DNA from: Eledone cirrhosa
Lineage: Eukaryota
Length of the DNA: 60,003 nucleotides
NCBI GenBank assembly: GCA_964016885.1
Contig: CAXHJY010001484.1
Coordinates: forward strand, 1-60,003
Direction of reading: 5' to 3'
Shown here: positions 1-16,700 of the stretch, one piece after another
Numbering within the stretch: position 1 is the first letter of the stretch
Layout of the letters: each line of letters opens with the position of its first letter
Position numbers and translations under genes: made by a program
Notes under the pieces: generated by a model
The model's database searches: none
Told to the model about the DNA's origin: nothing
What the model saw: only the letters and a program-made list of their open reading frames with translations

Positions 1-1727
<1,727 letters not shown>

Positions 1728-1896
1728 AAGAGAGTATTGAAGTTTGCTTGAAGCATTGTGGAATAAGTCGTTTGGAAGCCTCGACAATGCAAATGGGTAA
1801 ATCTCCGGGTAACAAGATCCGGTGGTGGAGAGAGAGATGTACCTTGGGAGAGATTTAATTGTCCCTATAATCATGTATATATATTATATATATATA

Positions 1897-2205
1897 ATCA
1901 TCGTCATCATTTTACGTCCGCTTTTCCGATTCTGGCTTGATTTCTACAGCTAGATGCCCTTCCTAACACCCACCTCACTTACAGTGTGGGCTGGGTGCTT
2001 TTTTTGCCGTGGCACCTCCACGACCACTTTACAGTGGAGTGATATGGACCCCAGTCCCTATCATCTCATTTCTACAGCTGATTGAACTGGAGCAATGTGA
2101 AATAAAGTGTCTTGCACAAGGAAACAACATGACCCGGTCTGAGAATTGAACTCACAACCTTTCGATTGCAAGCCCAATGCTCTAATCACTAAGCCATGTG
2201 CCTCC
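1897..2205 (-). mobile_element. tRNA-derived SINE (family S1), diverged copy
   Basis: Minus strand begins GGAGGCACATGGCTTAGTGATTAGAGC (A box), then GAGTTCAATTCTC (B box), a CORE-like block, an RTE-like tail and (GAT)n; homologous to 32153-32506 with a deletion in the tail. Confidence 0.85.
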
Positions 2206-2237
2206 ATTATATATATATTTGTGTGTATATACATATA

Positions 2238-2335
2238 TCATCACCACCGTTTTACGTCTATTTTCCATGCTTGCATGGGTTAGACGAGTTGTCCTGTTGT
2301 AGGCAAAGCTAGTGACCATGTCTTGCTCATACAGA
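2238..2335 (-). mobile_element. Degenerate 3' terminus of RTE family B
   Basis: catcaccaccgttttacgtc...catgggttagacg matches 28440-28540. Confidence 0.7.
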
Positions 2336-2436
2336 ACATATATATATATAACCCATGCTAGCATGGAAAAATGGACGTTACATGATTATATATATATATA
2401 TATTACACCAACTATGTTGGTCATTTAATGAAAATA

Positions 2437-2620
2437 ATTGTTTCTACTTTTGGCACAAGGCCAGCAACATATTCCAGTACATTACTGGTACTTTATTCTA
2501 TCGACCCCGTAAGGTTGATAGAAAGTTAAACTCAACAGGATTTGAATTCAGACCATAAAGGGTAGTAACTCTATGCTGCAAAGCATGGCGTCCGACCCTC
2601 TACCAATACTGCCAATCCCC
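2437..2620 (-). mobile_element. Old tRNA-derived SINE of another family (Meta-domain-like core)
   Basis: Minus strand has degenerate A/B boxes, then ...ccttacggggtcgatagaataaagtaccagt; a related copy lies at 6830-7010. The domain name is from recall and unverified. Confidence 0.55.
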
Positions 2621-3388
2621 ATAGAAACTAGGTCAGTAGTTCTTCACAATAGTGGTTTGCTCCATAGACAAGACAACCCTTTAAAGCTGTGTATTATTTA
2701 AACTTTAGTTATTTGTTAAGTTTTTTAGACCATCTCTCACTGGTAGCATGTGAAAATGCTTTCAAGTGAACAGGTAAAATTCCCAGGATAGTAAATACAG
2801 TTACTCTAGAAATACCTGTACAATTACATTAAAAATAGATTAAGAAAAATATATGTATACCTCATTCCAATAATGAAGACGGCATGTGTGTGTGTATAGA
2901 CACACACATATCAAAGCTATGTTAGAACATTTAATTGCACACACAGAGAGAGAGAGAGAAAGAGAGTGAGTGTGTGTGTGTGTGCGCATGTGTGTGCATA
3001 CATAAATGTACATATATAGACACACACACACACATGTACATATATATATCATCATCCTTTTTTTTTTTTTTTCAAAAACAACCAAACAATACAAGACCAT
3101 CTTTCTATTGAGATGTTGGTGAACACAACCATTAGATAGGAAGAAATAATTATTTCCAGAGACTTAGTATAGTTGGCAGAGACTAGAATATTTGTTTACA
3201 ACTACAGAGAGAGAGAGACAGAGGGGCAGAGAGACAGATAGACAAGGAGAGAGAGGGTGAGAGAGACGGAACTCATATAGTTCACACCTGTTCATGTCTT
3301 TAACCCACTGACAGTAGGATCATCTAAACTCGTATAGGACTGTCTGGCAGGTTTTCTACAGCTGGATGCCCTTCCTAACACCAACCAC

Positions 3389-3441
<53 letters not shown>

Positions 3442-4352
3442 TTTGCTAAGTACTGGTCAAAGATGACAGGTTTTATAGTAAACAAAAAAGTATATTGTTT
3501 TTAACAAGTTGCTTACGACATTCTATATAAAAATACCTAAATTCTTGAGTAAACCCTGAAATAGACGACATCTATAAAAAGGGGACTGAGTCCCTTTAAG
3601 ACATCAACAAACTAATTAACTGTATCAATTGTTTCATACCTCATCTGTATTTCCAGTCCAATAACATTCTCAGGGAATTCATTCATGATCAAATGAAAAG
3701 AACTTATCTAATTAGGGACCCAAAACAAAAATAGAATACAATGAATTCACTTGGAAGCAGAGCAAACGTATTGGAATGTGGGGGTGGGGGATAAAAAGGT
3801 TACTAAGACACCTATTAATACTTCTACTGCACTAACCCAGTCCTTCCTACCCAGAACATCACCATGTGCTGGTTAAACCCTACTCATCACCCTTCTTCTG
3901 TCCACTCCTATGTTAAGCTCTGCACTAATCCCTACACCCAGTCCTGCTTATAAAGTTGTTCCAAACTAACAACACAGCAAATGTTTTAAGGCCATTTGTA
4001 TAGTTGGGTGCCCCCCTTCAGGTGCCAACCCAGTTTGTTGCTTCTTATGACACAAGGCTACACACCTATTCTGATAACCATTCTTGTATTGGGGCCTTGA
4101 AAAAATGCACCCGGTACACCATGTAAGATGGTTGGTGATAGGAAGGGCATGCCAAATAAAGGGTCAGGAGAGCTCTTTAGTTGTGTCAAGAACACAATCC
4201 TAGTGTTGATGACAATACACCGGGTGTACTCTGCAGTGTCTGGGAATATATGTTAGTGAGATGTGGCAGCTGACCCATCCTCAGGTCAGTGGCTCCAATT
4301 ATTGTACTGTGACGACCCATCTAATCCCTTGCTAGCAGCGAAAACATTAGCT

Positions 4353-4965
4353 GCTGCTGATGATGGCAGTGGTTGTTATGATGATGGTGGAGGTGGTAAT
4401 GGTGGCGGTGGTGCTGATGGTGGAGGTGGTAATGGTGGCGGTGGTACTGATGGTGGAGGTGGTAATGGTGGCGGTGGTAATGGTGGCGGTGGTGCTGATG
4501 GTGGAGGTGGTAATGGTGGCGGTGGTACTGATGGTGGAGGTGGTAATGGTGGCGGTGGTAATGGTGGCGGTGGTGCTGATGGTGGAGGTGGTAATGGTGG
4601 CGGTGGTGCTGATGGTGGAGGTGGTAATGGTGGCGGTGGTGCTGATGGTGGAGGTGGTAATGGTGGCGGTGGTGCTGATGGTGGAGGTGGTAATGGTGGC
4701 GGTGGTGCTGATGGTGGAGGTGGTAATGGTGGTTGTAATAATGATGATGGTGGTGGTAGTTGTAATAATGGTGGAGGTGGTAGTGGTTGTAATGATGGTG
4801 GAGGTGGTGGTGCTGATGATGGTGGTGGTGGTGGTGCTGATGGTGGTGGTGTTATATATGGTGGTGATCATGGTGGCAGTGGTGATGGTGCTGATCGTGG
4901 TGGTGGTGCTGATGGTGGTGGTGGTGATGATGGTGATGGCGCTGGTGCTGGTCGTGGTGGTGATG
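4353..4965. repeat. GGT-rich minisatellite, 33-bp core unit GCTGATGGTGGAGGTGGTAATGGTGGCGGTGGT
   Basis: Direct reading; open in several frames on both strands, as expected for a triplet-derived repeat. Confidence 0.9.
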
Positions 4966-5068
4966 ACCTACACAGTACCTTTTCCACTAGAATGAACACG
5001 TAAATCAAACATATGTGTCAAGTTAAATGAAATAGTTCCAACCCCAAGTAAGAATCCAAAATAGATAG

Positions 5069-5297
<229 letters not shown>

Positions 5298-6079
5298 TTT
5301 CTACTCAGCTTGTAATGTATCTTTCTACTTTGCCTCTAAATATCTTTAAAAGAAGAAAACAGTAGAATTCCAGAAAGTACTTCAAAGAACTTCCAATCTA
5401 AATATGACAGACTGATTATATGAGGAATGGGAGAATAACAACGTTAACTGCCAACATAAGTTTCCAATTATTGATTTATTACAAAACATTGATTTATTAC
5501 AAAACAAATTATTGATTTATTACAAAGCAAAATGCTTGGCTTGGTTTTGGTTTGTTTCTTTTAAGGTGTTTTTGTTTTTATTTTTAAAAAAATGGAAATG
5601 GAACTGAGAAATTGAGACAGTTAGGATTTCCTAATAACACTCAAAGACTTAGTGAAGTGAAAGATTTCAACAAAAAAACAAGAAACTCCCAGAAAATTAG
5701 GTCATGGACGGACAGCCTACTAAGGAGCTTAAAACTTTACATCACTAATAAAACATTCACTTATTTGATACCAATTGGAACTACCATTGGTGCTGTCATA
5801 CTAAACTACCAATTTTATAGTGGTCATCATCATCATTGTCTTTATGTTGACTTTTCTAGGTTGGCTTGGTTTGGAAGGGACTTTTTAAGGCAATGATTTA
5901 TAGCCAGATGCCCTACCTGACACTAACCCCTTTTCGACACTTCTTTCAACATGTAGGTATGTGGTGTACCTGTTGTAAACCAGATACACATGACCACTAC
6001 TACAGTGCCTTCTACATACAGAACTGGATTAAGTCATCACCTCCACTAGGACACTCCTGCCCATCCAACTCTCAGGCCC

Positions 6080-6300
6080 CATATTGTGTCTAACACCACA
6101 AGACCTTGCACTAACCCCTATTCACAGTCTTTCCTCTTCAGAACATTACCCTTCTGGAATTCTCTCCCTGCACATGTCTCTTCTGCTAAAGTCAACCTGT
6201 AACAATTTACACTAAACCCCAACAACATTAACAACATCAATCTCCACCTAAAGATCATAAGTGTAACCCTTTCCTCAAACCCTAGCCAATAAAACAGACA
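6080..6300 (+). mobile_element. Decayed 3' end of a CR1/L2-like LINE ORF2
   Basis: Plus frame reads TNPYSQSFLFRTLPFWNSLPAHV...NL*QF, resembling the C-terminal SFFxRTxxxWNSLP motif. Confidence 0.5.
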
Positions 6301-6829
6301 CTCTACCACATTTTCTTGCGACTAATACAATAAATGTTGAACTAAAATTAAGGACAAAAGAGGGGGCTTGAGTTATATAGAAGAACATGTTTTCAGAAAT
6401 ATTTACTGAGCTTAAAAAAATTAATTTCAACTGACAAGATTGTAAATACGTGTTGATAACAATTGTTTACAAATGGTATTTGATATAGCGGCAGTATTTT
6501 TTATTTGGGAATCAGCTTAATTAAACAACAGCGGTTACCTCAAAAAAAAAAGGAAATTGATAAAATATATTAGTGAAAGAACTACATAAGATTTGTTAAT
6601 GTTTTGATAACATTACTGTTACAACTAAGGCCTAGCTATTGTAAAAATAAAGTTTTTCCCACTTGAATAATGAGCCAATAATTCCAATGTTGTGAAGTTA
6701 TTTGCTAAACAGATATTCCTCCATCTCTTGACATACACTGCCTGCTCTAGAAACTAGAATAATGGAGAAGCAAAGAGAAAACAAAGAGACATTTGATATG
6801 TAAATAATAATTTCTTTCTTTCATAATAA

Positions 6830-7010
6830 TTGTTTCTACTTTAGGCACAAGGCCAGCAATTACCCAGTGCATTACTGGTACTTTATTTTATCGACCCCGT
6901 AAGGATGAAAGGCAAAGTCAACCAATGCTCTCTGATTTAGGTACAAGACCAACAATTTTGGGGGATGGGAAAGTCGATTAAATCGACCCCAGTACTTTAT
7001 TTTATTGACC
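6830..7010 (-). mobile_element. Partial, rearranged copy of the SINE at 2437-2620
   Basis: Shares ttgtttctactt.ggcacaaggccagcaa...attactggtactttatt.tatcgaccccgtaagg. Confidence 0.6.
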
Positions 7011-7705
7011 ATGTAAGGAACCATAACTCCCCCCACCCATCCCACCATTTCTGTCATTTATCAATTCACTAAAATTAAGAGGATTTCAGACAATAACCTT
7101 CTTAAAGCCTTTACATATACACACACATATATGTGAACACACCATATATACATATATAAACACACACCATATATATATGAACACACACCATATATACATA
7201 TAAACAGACACCATATATACATATAAACACACACCATATATACATATATATATATATAAACACACACCATATATATATATATATATATATATATCTATAT
7301 ATATAACAATCTCGTGTTTAATTTTGGCCGAAAATTCTAGGATTTATAAAATGGCCTCCCTTGCACCTCCTAATCCCCCCCCCCCCTATATTGTATACGC
7401 GCCTTCTGGATCCCTCTCTCAATCACTCCCTTCTCTCACCAAATATAAAATAAACCTGTTACAAAGTACAAATCTCAGATTTTGTCAACTCTTATTAATG
7501 GTCAGACTTGCTCGCTCTCCTGTGAAATGTAATGTAAAATGCCATTTTTTTCTTGTCTCTCCATCTTCCTGGTCCATTCATTCATATAGCCACATCATCG
7601 CCCAGAATCCAAATCTTTGCTCTTTCTCAATGCTATTCTATAATTCTGTCTGGTTGTTCTAAATAATCTTGTATTTTAAAATCCCATTATTCGCTTATTA
7701 CTGTA

Positions 7706-9677
7706 TATGCTTGTCCAATTATGTCCAAAATTCAAGGATTTTATTTAAACCTTCTCGCTAACTACCCCATACCTCTCACACCTGCCCCCACTCACCACCA
7801 TTATTATCTGGACCAATCATAAGTCAGCGGCCTATGCTATCACTTCTCCTGGTTGCCTTTCGATATGATGGATGGACAAAGGAATTCTGGAGAGTCTGAA
7901 AAATCTGGACACTCAGTGACAATGCCAAAGATAAAGACAAATTCACCCAATGCTGCCGGACGAAAAGGCAAAGACTCCTCTTTATTTCGGCCGCGGATGG
8001 CCAACATAACCTCAACCCCATCCCCCTCATCCCTCCCCCGCGCCCCACCGCTCCCACCCACCAAACGCAATCCAAAACTTCAGAGTTGGTACCATGAATG
8101 TAGGCACCTTAAAAGGTCGCTCTAACGAGGTTGTAGAAATGCTTGAACGTAAGGAGGTTGATGTTTGCTGTATCCAAGAGACCAGGTGGAGGGGTGGGTC
8201 TGCTAGATTCATTGTGGGTAAAAAAACGATGCTATAAGCTTTTCTGGGTGGGAAATGATAATGGGCTGGGTGGGGTAGGAATCATGTTAGCAGAAAAATG
8301 GGTAGACAAGATAATAGACATAAATAGAGTGAACGACAGAATAATTAAAATAAGACTTGTCCTAAATAGAACTACTGTGACAGTAATATCTGCGTACGCA
8401 CCCCAATCTGGACTGCCTGGCGCTATAAAAGACAGATTCTATGAGACATTGATGCTCACTACCTCCCAAATAACCGACAGTGACTATATAACTATTGCTG
8501 GCGACCTAAATGGTCACATTGGACAACATTGTGACAGCTATGACGGAATCCATGGAGGCTATGGGTTTGGTATTAGAAATGATGAAGGCTCCAGAATCCT
8601 GTGACGCAAATAACCTAACTATCTGTAACACTAACTTCAAAAAAATGAGACAATCACTTGATCACCTACCGATCAGGGGAACACGCCAGCCAGGTAGATT
8701 ATATCCTTACCAGAAGACGTGAGAGAGTGTCTGTTGTAAACACTAAATCCCTCCCCCATGAAGAATGCACCACCCAACATAGATCCCACAGCCAGTAATA
8801 AATTTAAAAGCATATTACTTGATGCTTTTGACAGTAAGGAAGAGCAATTAGAGTCGTACAATATAGAGGAATAGTGGGAATTCCTGAAAGCTAACCTGCT
8901 GAAGGCGGCAGATGAAGTCTGTGGCTAGAGCAGGCCTATAGGCAGGAGGAGAGTAACTTGGTGGTGGAACAGTAAGGTGGAGGAGTTAATCAAGGCCAAA
9001 AAGCAGGCTTGGAAAGTATGGCGGGATGGGGGAAGTAGAGAAGACTATCAAGTGGCCAGGAGGGAAGCTAGGAGACAAGTGTACTTCGCAAGAAGGGAAG
9101 CAGAGGAAAGAAAGTTCAAGCATGTTCTACAAGGCGAGGACCAAAAACGTAAGGTGTTCAGGATTGCTAGGCAATGTGTCAAGGAAAACTATGATATTGT
9201 CGGGGAGAAGTGTGTCTTGAATGATGATGGTGTACTTGCCATTATTGACGCTGATAAGAAGGTAGCTTGGAAGTGTCACTACGAAAGGCTACTAAATGAG
9301 GAGAATAAATGGGAGAAAGACAGTCTCCTCCACATCGACCCAATAGAGGGACCAGCAGTGTTAGTCGAAGGTAGTTTAATAAGTAAAACAATCAAAGATA
9401 TGAAGACGAGTAAGGCGGCTGGGCTTTCGGAAATAGTTGCTGAAATGCTTAAAGCATCTGGAACGGTGGAACACACTATGGTCACCCGGATAGTAACCCA
9501 AGTCATACAGAATGGGGTCGTTCCGAAGGACTGGCGTAGCAGCATCATCATTAACTGCTACAAGGGTAAAGGAGATGGGGGTAACTATAGAGGCATTAAA
9601 TTAATCGACCAGGTCATGAAGGTCACAGAAAAAGTAATAGCGCAACTAATCAGAGAGCGAATTGATCTTGATGAAAT
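7706..9677 (+). mobile_element. RTE LINE family A: 5'-intact, 3'-truncated, disrupted copy (5'UTR, APE endonuclease, RT N-terminus)
   Basis: Motifs IQETRW, SAYAPQ, GDLNGH and NYRGIKL; frameshifts, stops and an internal deletion near 8780; the 5' start matches that of the copy ending at ~25390. Confidence 0.92.
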
Positions 9678-9753
9678 TTTGAGGGATTTACTAAAATTAT
9701 AAATTATTTCATTACTAAGATAGTAACTTGATGTAAGGTTCTTATATAAAATT

Positions 9754-10143
9754 CATCATCATCATCATTTTACGTCCGCTTTTCCCTGCTTGCAAGGGTG
9801 AGACAGGAACTGATTCTGGCTTGATTTCTACAGCTGGATGCCCTTCCTAACACCAACCTCATTTACAGTGGGTGCTGCGTGCTTTTTTTTTTTTTCAGTG
9901 GCGCCGACACGTCCACTTTATAGTGTGGGCTGCGTGCTTTTTTGCCTGGCACCTCCACGACCACTTTGCAGTGGAATGATAGGGACCCCAGTCCCTATCA
10001 TCTCATTTCTACAGCTGAGTAAAGTGGAGCAATGTGAAATAAAGTGTCTTGCCCAAGGAAACAACACATCACCCAGTCTGAGAATTGAACTCATAACCTT
10101 TCTATTGCAAGCCCAATGCTCTAAGCACTAAGCCATGTGCCTT
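9754..10143 (-). mobile_element. SINE family S1, variant with both ~50-bp UTR repeat units
   Basis: tRNA head at 10143, CORE-like block, tail cccttgcaagcagggaaaagcggacgtaaaatgatgat. Confidence 0.9.
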
Positions 10144-10216
10144 TGTTGGAAAATTTTTAATAAAATTGGAAACCTTAAAAATGTGTGGCTATATTTCATA
10201 GAACCAGAACTGGTTT

Positions 10217-10705
10217 TGGCCGGGTTAGTAACTCAAGGGTTAAATTGGTCGGGTTGGTAACTAAAGGGTTAACTTGACTGGGTTGGTAACTAAAGGGCTA
10301 ACTTGACTGGGTTGGTAACTAAAGGGCTAACTTGACTGGGTTGGTAACTAAAGGGCTAACTTGACTGGGTTGGTAACTAAAGGGTAAACTTGGTCGGGTT
10401 GGTAACTAAAGGGTAAACTTGGTCGGGTTGGTAACTAAAGGGCTAACTTGACTGGGTTGGTAACTAAAGGGCTAACTTGGCCGGGTTGGAAACTAAAGGG
10501 TTAACTTGACTGGGTTGGAAACTAAAGGGTTAACTTGACTGGGTTGGTAACTAAAGGGCTAACTTGACTGGGTTGGTAACTAAAGGGCTAACTTGACTGG
10601 GTTGGTAACTAAAGGGTTAACTTGACTGGGTTGGTAACTAAAGGGTTAACTTGGCCGGGTTGGTAACTAAAGGGTTAACTTGGCCGGGTTGGTAACTACA
10701 TGGTT
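10217..10705. repeat. 29-bp G-rich minisatellite CTAAAGGGTTAACTTGACTGGGTTGGTAA, ~17 copies
   Basis: Period measured from 10261 to 10290. Confidence 0.93.
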
Positions 10706-10714
10706 AATTAGAAA

Positions 10715-13700
10715 TATCCGAACAAACACTAGAACATACCAGATCAAACTATTAGCGACCCAACACTAGAACATACCAGATCAAACTATTAACGACCCAA
10801 CACTAGAACATACCAGATCAAACTTAACAACCCAACACCAGAACATACCAGATCAAACAATTAACGACAACACCAGAACATACCAGATCAAACAATTAAC
10901 GACTCAACACCAGAATATACCAGATCAAACAATTAACGACCCAACACTAGAAATACCAGATCAAACAATTAACGACCCAACACTAGAAATACCAGATCAA
11001 ACAATTAACGACCCAACACTAGAAATACCAGATCAAACAATTAACGACCCAACACTAGAACATACCAGATCAAACAATTAACGCCCCAACACTAGAACAT
11101 ACCAGATCAAACAATTAACGCCCCAACACTAGAACATACCAGATCAAACAATTAACGACCGAACACTAGAACATACCAGATCAAACAATTAACGACCCAA
11201 CACTAGAAATACCAGATCAAACAATTAACGACCCAACACTAGAACATACCAGATCAAACAATTAACGACCCAACACTAGAACATACCAGATCAAACAATT
11301 AACGACCCAACACTAGAACATACCAGATCAAACAATTAATGCCCCAACACTAGAACATACCAGATCAAACAATTAACGACCGAGCACCAGATCAAACAAT
11401 TAACGACCCAACACTAGAACATACCAGATCAAACAATTAACGCCCCAACACTAGAACATACCAGATCAAACAATTAACGCCCCAACACTAGAACATACCA
11501 GATCAAACAATTAACGACCGAACACTAGAGCATACCAGATCAAACAATTAACGACCCAACACTAGAAATACCAGATCAAACAATTAACGACCCAACACTA
11601 GAAATACCAGATCAAACAATTAACGACCCAACACTAGAACATACCAGATCAAACAATTAACGACCGAGCACCAGATCAAACAATTAACGACCCAACACTA
11701 GAACATACCAGATCAAACAATTAACGCCCCAACACTAGAACATACCAGATCAAACATTTAACGCCCCAACACTAGAACATACCAGATCAAACAATTAACG
11801 ACCGAACACTAGAACATACCAGATCAAACAATTAACGACCCAACACTAGAAATACCAGATCAAACAATTAACGACCCAACACTAGAACATACCAGATCAA
11901 ACAATTAACGACCCAACACTAGAACATACCAGATCAAACAATTAACGCCCCAACACTAGAACATACCAGATCAAACAATTAACGACCGAGCACTAGAACA
12001 TACCAGATCAAACAATTAACGACCCAACACTAGAACATACCAGATCAAACAATTAACGACCCAACACTAAAACATACCAGATCAAACAATTAACGACCCA
12101 ACACTAGAACATACCAGATCAAACAATTAACGCCCCAACACTAGAACATACCAGATCAAACAATTAGCGACCGAACACTAGAACATACCAGATCAAACTA
12201 TTAGCGACCCAACACTAGGACATACCAGATCAAACAATTAACGACCCAACACTAGAACATACCAGATCAAACAATTAACGACCCAACACTAGAACATACC
12301 AGATCAAACAATTAACGACCCAACACTAGAACATACCAGATCAAACAATTAACGACCCAACACTAGAACATACCAGATCAAACAATTAACGACCCAACAC
12401 CAGAACATACCATATCAAACAATTAACAACTGAACACTAGAAATACCAGATCAAACAATTAACGACCCAACACCAGAACATACCAGATCAAACAATTAAC
12501 GACCCAACACTAGAAATACCAGCTCAAACAATTAACGACCCAACACTAGAACATACCAGATCAAACAATTAACGACCCAACACCAGGTCATACCAGATCA
12601 AACAATTAACAACTCAACACTAGAACATACCAGATCAAACAATTAATGACCCAACACTAGAAATACCAGATCAAACAATTAACGACCCAACACTAGAACA
12701 TACCAGATCAAACAATTAACGACCCAACACCAGAACATACCAGATCAAACAATTAACGACCCAACACTAGAACATACCAGATCAAACTATTAGCGACCCA
12801 ACACTATAACATACCAGATCAAACAATTAACGACCCAACACTAGAACATACCAGATCAAACTATTAGCGACCCAACACTAGAACATACCAGATCAAACAA
12901 TTAACGACCCAACACTAGAACATACCAGATCAAACAATTAACGACCCAACACTAGAACATACCAGATCAAACTATTAGCGACCCAACACTAGAACATACC
13001 AGATCAAACTATTAGCGACCCAACAATAGAACATACCAGATCAAACTATTAATGACCCAACACTAGAACATACCAGATCAAACAATTAATGACCCAACAC
13101 TAGAACATACCAGATCAAACTATTAGCGACCCAACACTAGAACATACCAGATCAAACAATTAACGACCCAACACTAGAACATACCAGATCAAACAATTAA
13201 CGACCCAACACTAGAACATACCAGATCAAACTATTAACGACCCAACACTAGAACATACCAGATCAAACTATTAGCGACCCAACACTAGAACATACCAGAT
13301 CAAACAATTAACGATCCAACACTAGAACATACCAGATCAAACAATTAACGATCCAACACTAGAACATACCAGATCAAACTATTAGCGACCCAACACTAGA
13401 ACATACCAGTTCAAACTATTAGCGACCCAACACTAGAACATACCAGATCAAACTATTAGCGACCCAACACTAGAACATACCAGATCAAACAATTAACGAC
13501 CCAACACTAGAACATACCAGATCAAACTATTAGCGACCCAACACTAGAACATACCAGATCAAACAATTAAAGACCCAACCCTAGAACTTACCAGATCAAA
13601 CAATTAACGACCCAACACTAGAACATACCAGATCAAACTATTAGCGACCCAACACTAGAACATACCAGATCAAACTATTAGCGACCCAACACTAGTACAT

Positions 13701-16700
13701 ACCAGATCAAACTCTTAGCGACCCAACACTAGAACATACCAGATCAAACTATTAGCGACCCAACACTAGAACATACCAGATCAAACAATTAACGATCCAA
13801 CACTAGAACATACCAGATCAAACAATTAACAACTCAACACTAGAACATACCAGATCAAACAATTAACGACCCAACACTAGAACATACCAGATCAAACTAT
13901 TAGCGACCCAACACTAGAACATACCAGATCAAACAATTAACGACCCAACACTAGAACATACCAGATCAAACAATTAACGACCCAACACTAGAACATACCA
14001 GATCAAACAATTAACGACCCAACACTAGAACATACCAGATCAAACAATTAACGACCCAACACTAGAACATACCAGATCAAACTATTAGCGACCCAACACT
14101 AGAACATACCAGATCAAACTATTAGCGACCCAACACTAGAACATACTAGATCAAACAATTAATGACCCAACACTAGAACATACCAGATCAAACTATTAGC
14201 GACCCAACACTAGAACATACCAGATCAAACTATTAGCGACCCAACACTAGAACATACCAGATCAAACTATTAGCGACCCAACACTAGAACATACCAGATC
14301 AAACAATTAATGACCCAACACTAGAACATACCAGATCAAACTATTAGCGACCCAACACTAGAACATACCAGATCAAACAATTAATGACCCAACACTAGAA
14401 CATACCAGATCAAACTATTAGCGACCCAACACTAGAACATACCAGATCAAACTATTAGCGACCCAACACTAGAACATACCAGATCAAACTATTAGCGACC
14501 CAACACTAGAACATACCAGATCAAACTATTAACGACCCAACACTAGAACATACCAGATCAAACTATTAACGACCCAACACTAGAACATACCAGATCAAAC
14601 TATTAATGACCCAACACTAGAACATACCAGATCAAACAATTAATGACCCAACACTAGAACATACCAGATCAAACTATTAGCGACCCAACACTAGAACATA
14701 CCAGATCAAACAATTAACGACCCAACACTAGAACATACCAGATCAAACAATTAACGACCCAACACTAGAACATACCAGATCAAACAATTAACGACCCAAC
14801 ACTAGAACATACCAGATCAAACTATTAGCGACCCAACACTAGAACATACCAGATCAAACTATTAGCGACCCAACACTAGAACATACTAGATCAAACAATT
14901 AATGACCCAACACTAGAACATACCAGATCAAACTATTAGCGACCCAACACTAGAACATACCAGATCAAACTATTAGCGACCCAACACTAGAACATACCAG
15001 ATCAAACTATTAGCGACCCAACACTAGAACATACCAGATCAAACAATTAATGACCCAACACTAGAACATACCAGATCAAACTATTAGCGACCCAACACTA
15101 GAACATACCAGATCAAACAATTAATGACCCAACACTAGAACATACCAGATCAAACTATTAGCGACCCAACACTAGAACATACCAGATCAAACTATTAGCG
15201 ACCCAACACTAGAACATACCAGATCAAACTATTAGCGACCCAACACTAGAACATACCAGATCAAACTATTAACGACCCAACACTAGAACATACCAGATCA
15301 AACTATTAATGACCCAACACTAGAACATACCAGATCAAACAATTAATGACCCAACACTAGAACATACCAGATCAAACTATTAGCGACCCAACACTAGAAC
15401 ATACCAGATCAAACTATTAGCGACCCAACACTAGAACATACTAGATCAAACTATTAGCGACCCAACACTAGAACATACCAGATCAAACTATTAACGACCC
15501 AACACTAGAACATACCAGATCAAACTATTAATGACCCAACACTAGAACATACCAGATCAAACTATTAACGACCCAACACTAGAACATACCAGATCAAACT
15601 ATTAATGACCCAACACTAGAACATACCAGATCAAACTATTAGCGACCCAACACTAGAACATACCAGATCAAACTATTAGCGACCCAACACTAGAACATAC
15701 CAGATCAAACTATTAGCGACCCAACACTAGAACATACCAGATCAAACTATTAGCGACCCAACACTAGAACATACCAGATCAAACAATTAACGACCCAACA
15801 CTAGGACATACCAGATCAAACAATTAGCGACCCAACACTAGAACATACCAGTTCAAACTATTAGCGACCCAACACTAGAACATACCAGATCAAACAATTA
15901 ACGACCCAACACTAGAACATACCAGATCAAACAATTAATGACCCAACACTAGAACATACCAGATCAAACTATTAGCGACCCAACACTAGAACATACCAGT
16001 TCAAACTATTAGCGACCCAACACTAGAACATACCAGATCAAACAATTAATGACCCAACACTAGAACATACCAGATCAAACAATTAATGACCCAACACTAG
16101 AACATACCAGATCAAACTATTAGCGACCCAACACTAGAACATACCAGATCAAACTATTAGCGACCCAACACTAGAACAGACCAGATCAAACTATTAATGA
16201 CCCAACACTAGAACATACCAGATCAAACAATTAATGTCCCAACACTAGAACATACCAGATCAAACAATTAACGACCCAACACTAGAACATACCAGATCAA
16301 ACAATTAACGACCCAACACTAGAACATACCAGATCAAACAATTAACGACCCAACACTAGAACAGACCAGATCAAACTATTAATGACCCAACACTAGAACA
16401 TACCAGATCAAACAATTAATGTCCCAACACTAGAACATACCAGATCAAACAATTAACGACCCAACACTAGAACATACCAGATCAAACAATTAATGTCCCA
16501 ACACTAGAACATACCAGATCAAACAATTAACGACCCAACACTAGAACATACCAGATCAAACAATTAACGACCCAACACTAGAACATACCAGATCAAACAA
16601 TTAACGACCCAACACTAGAACAGACCAGATCAAACTATTAATGACCCAACACTAGAACATACCAGATCAAACAATTAATGTCCCAACACTAGAACATACC

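Noticed and set aside
1728-1870. Possible RT fragment on the minus strand (IPQCFKQTSI)
   Set aside because: Too short and weak to call without a search
4263-5003. Gly-rich 246-aa ORF as a structural protein
   Set aside because: GTG start, open in several frames, derived from (GGT)n, and no signal peptide or exon evidence
10217-10705. Telomeric repeat
   Set aside because: TAAAGGG resembles TTAGGG, but the period is 29 bp with no TTAGGG tandem run
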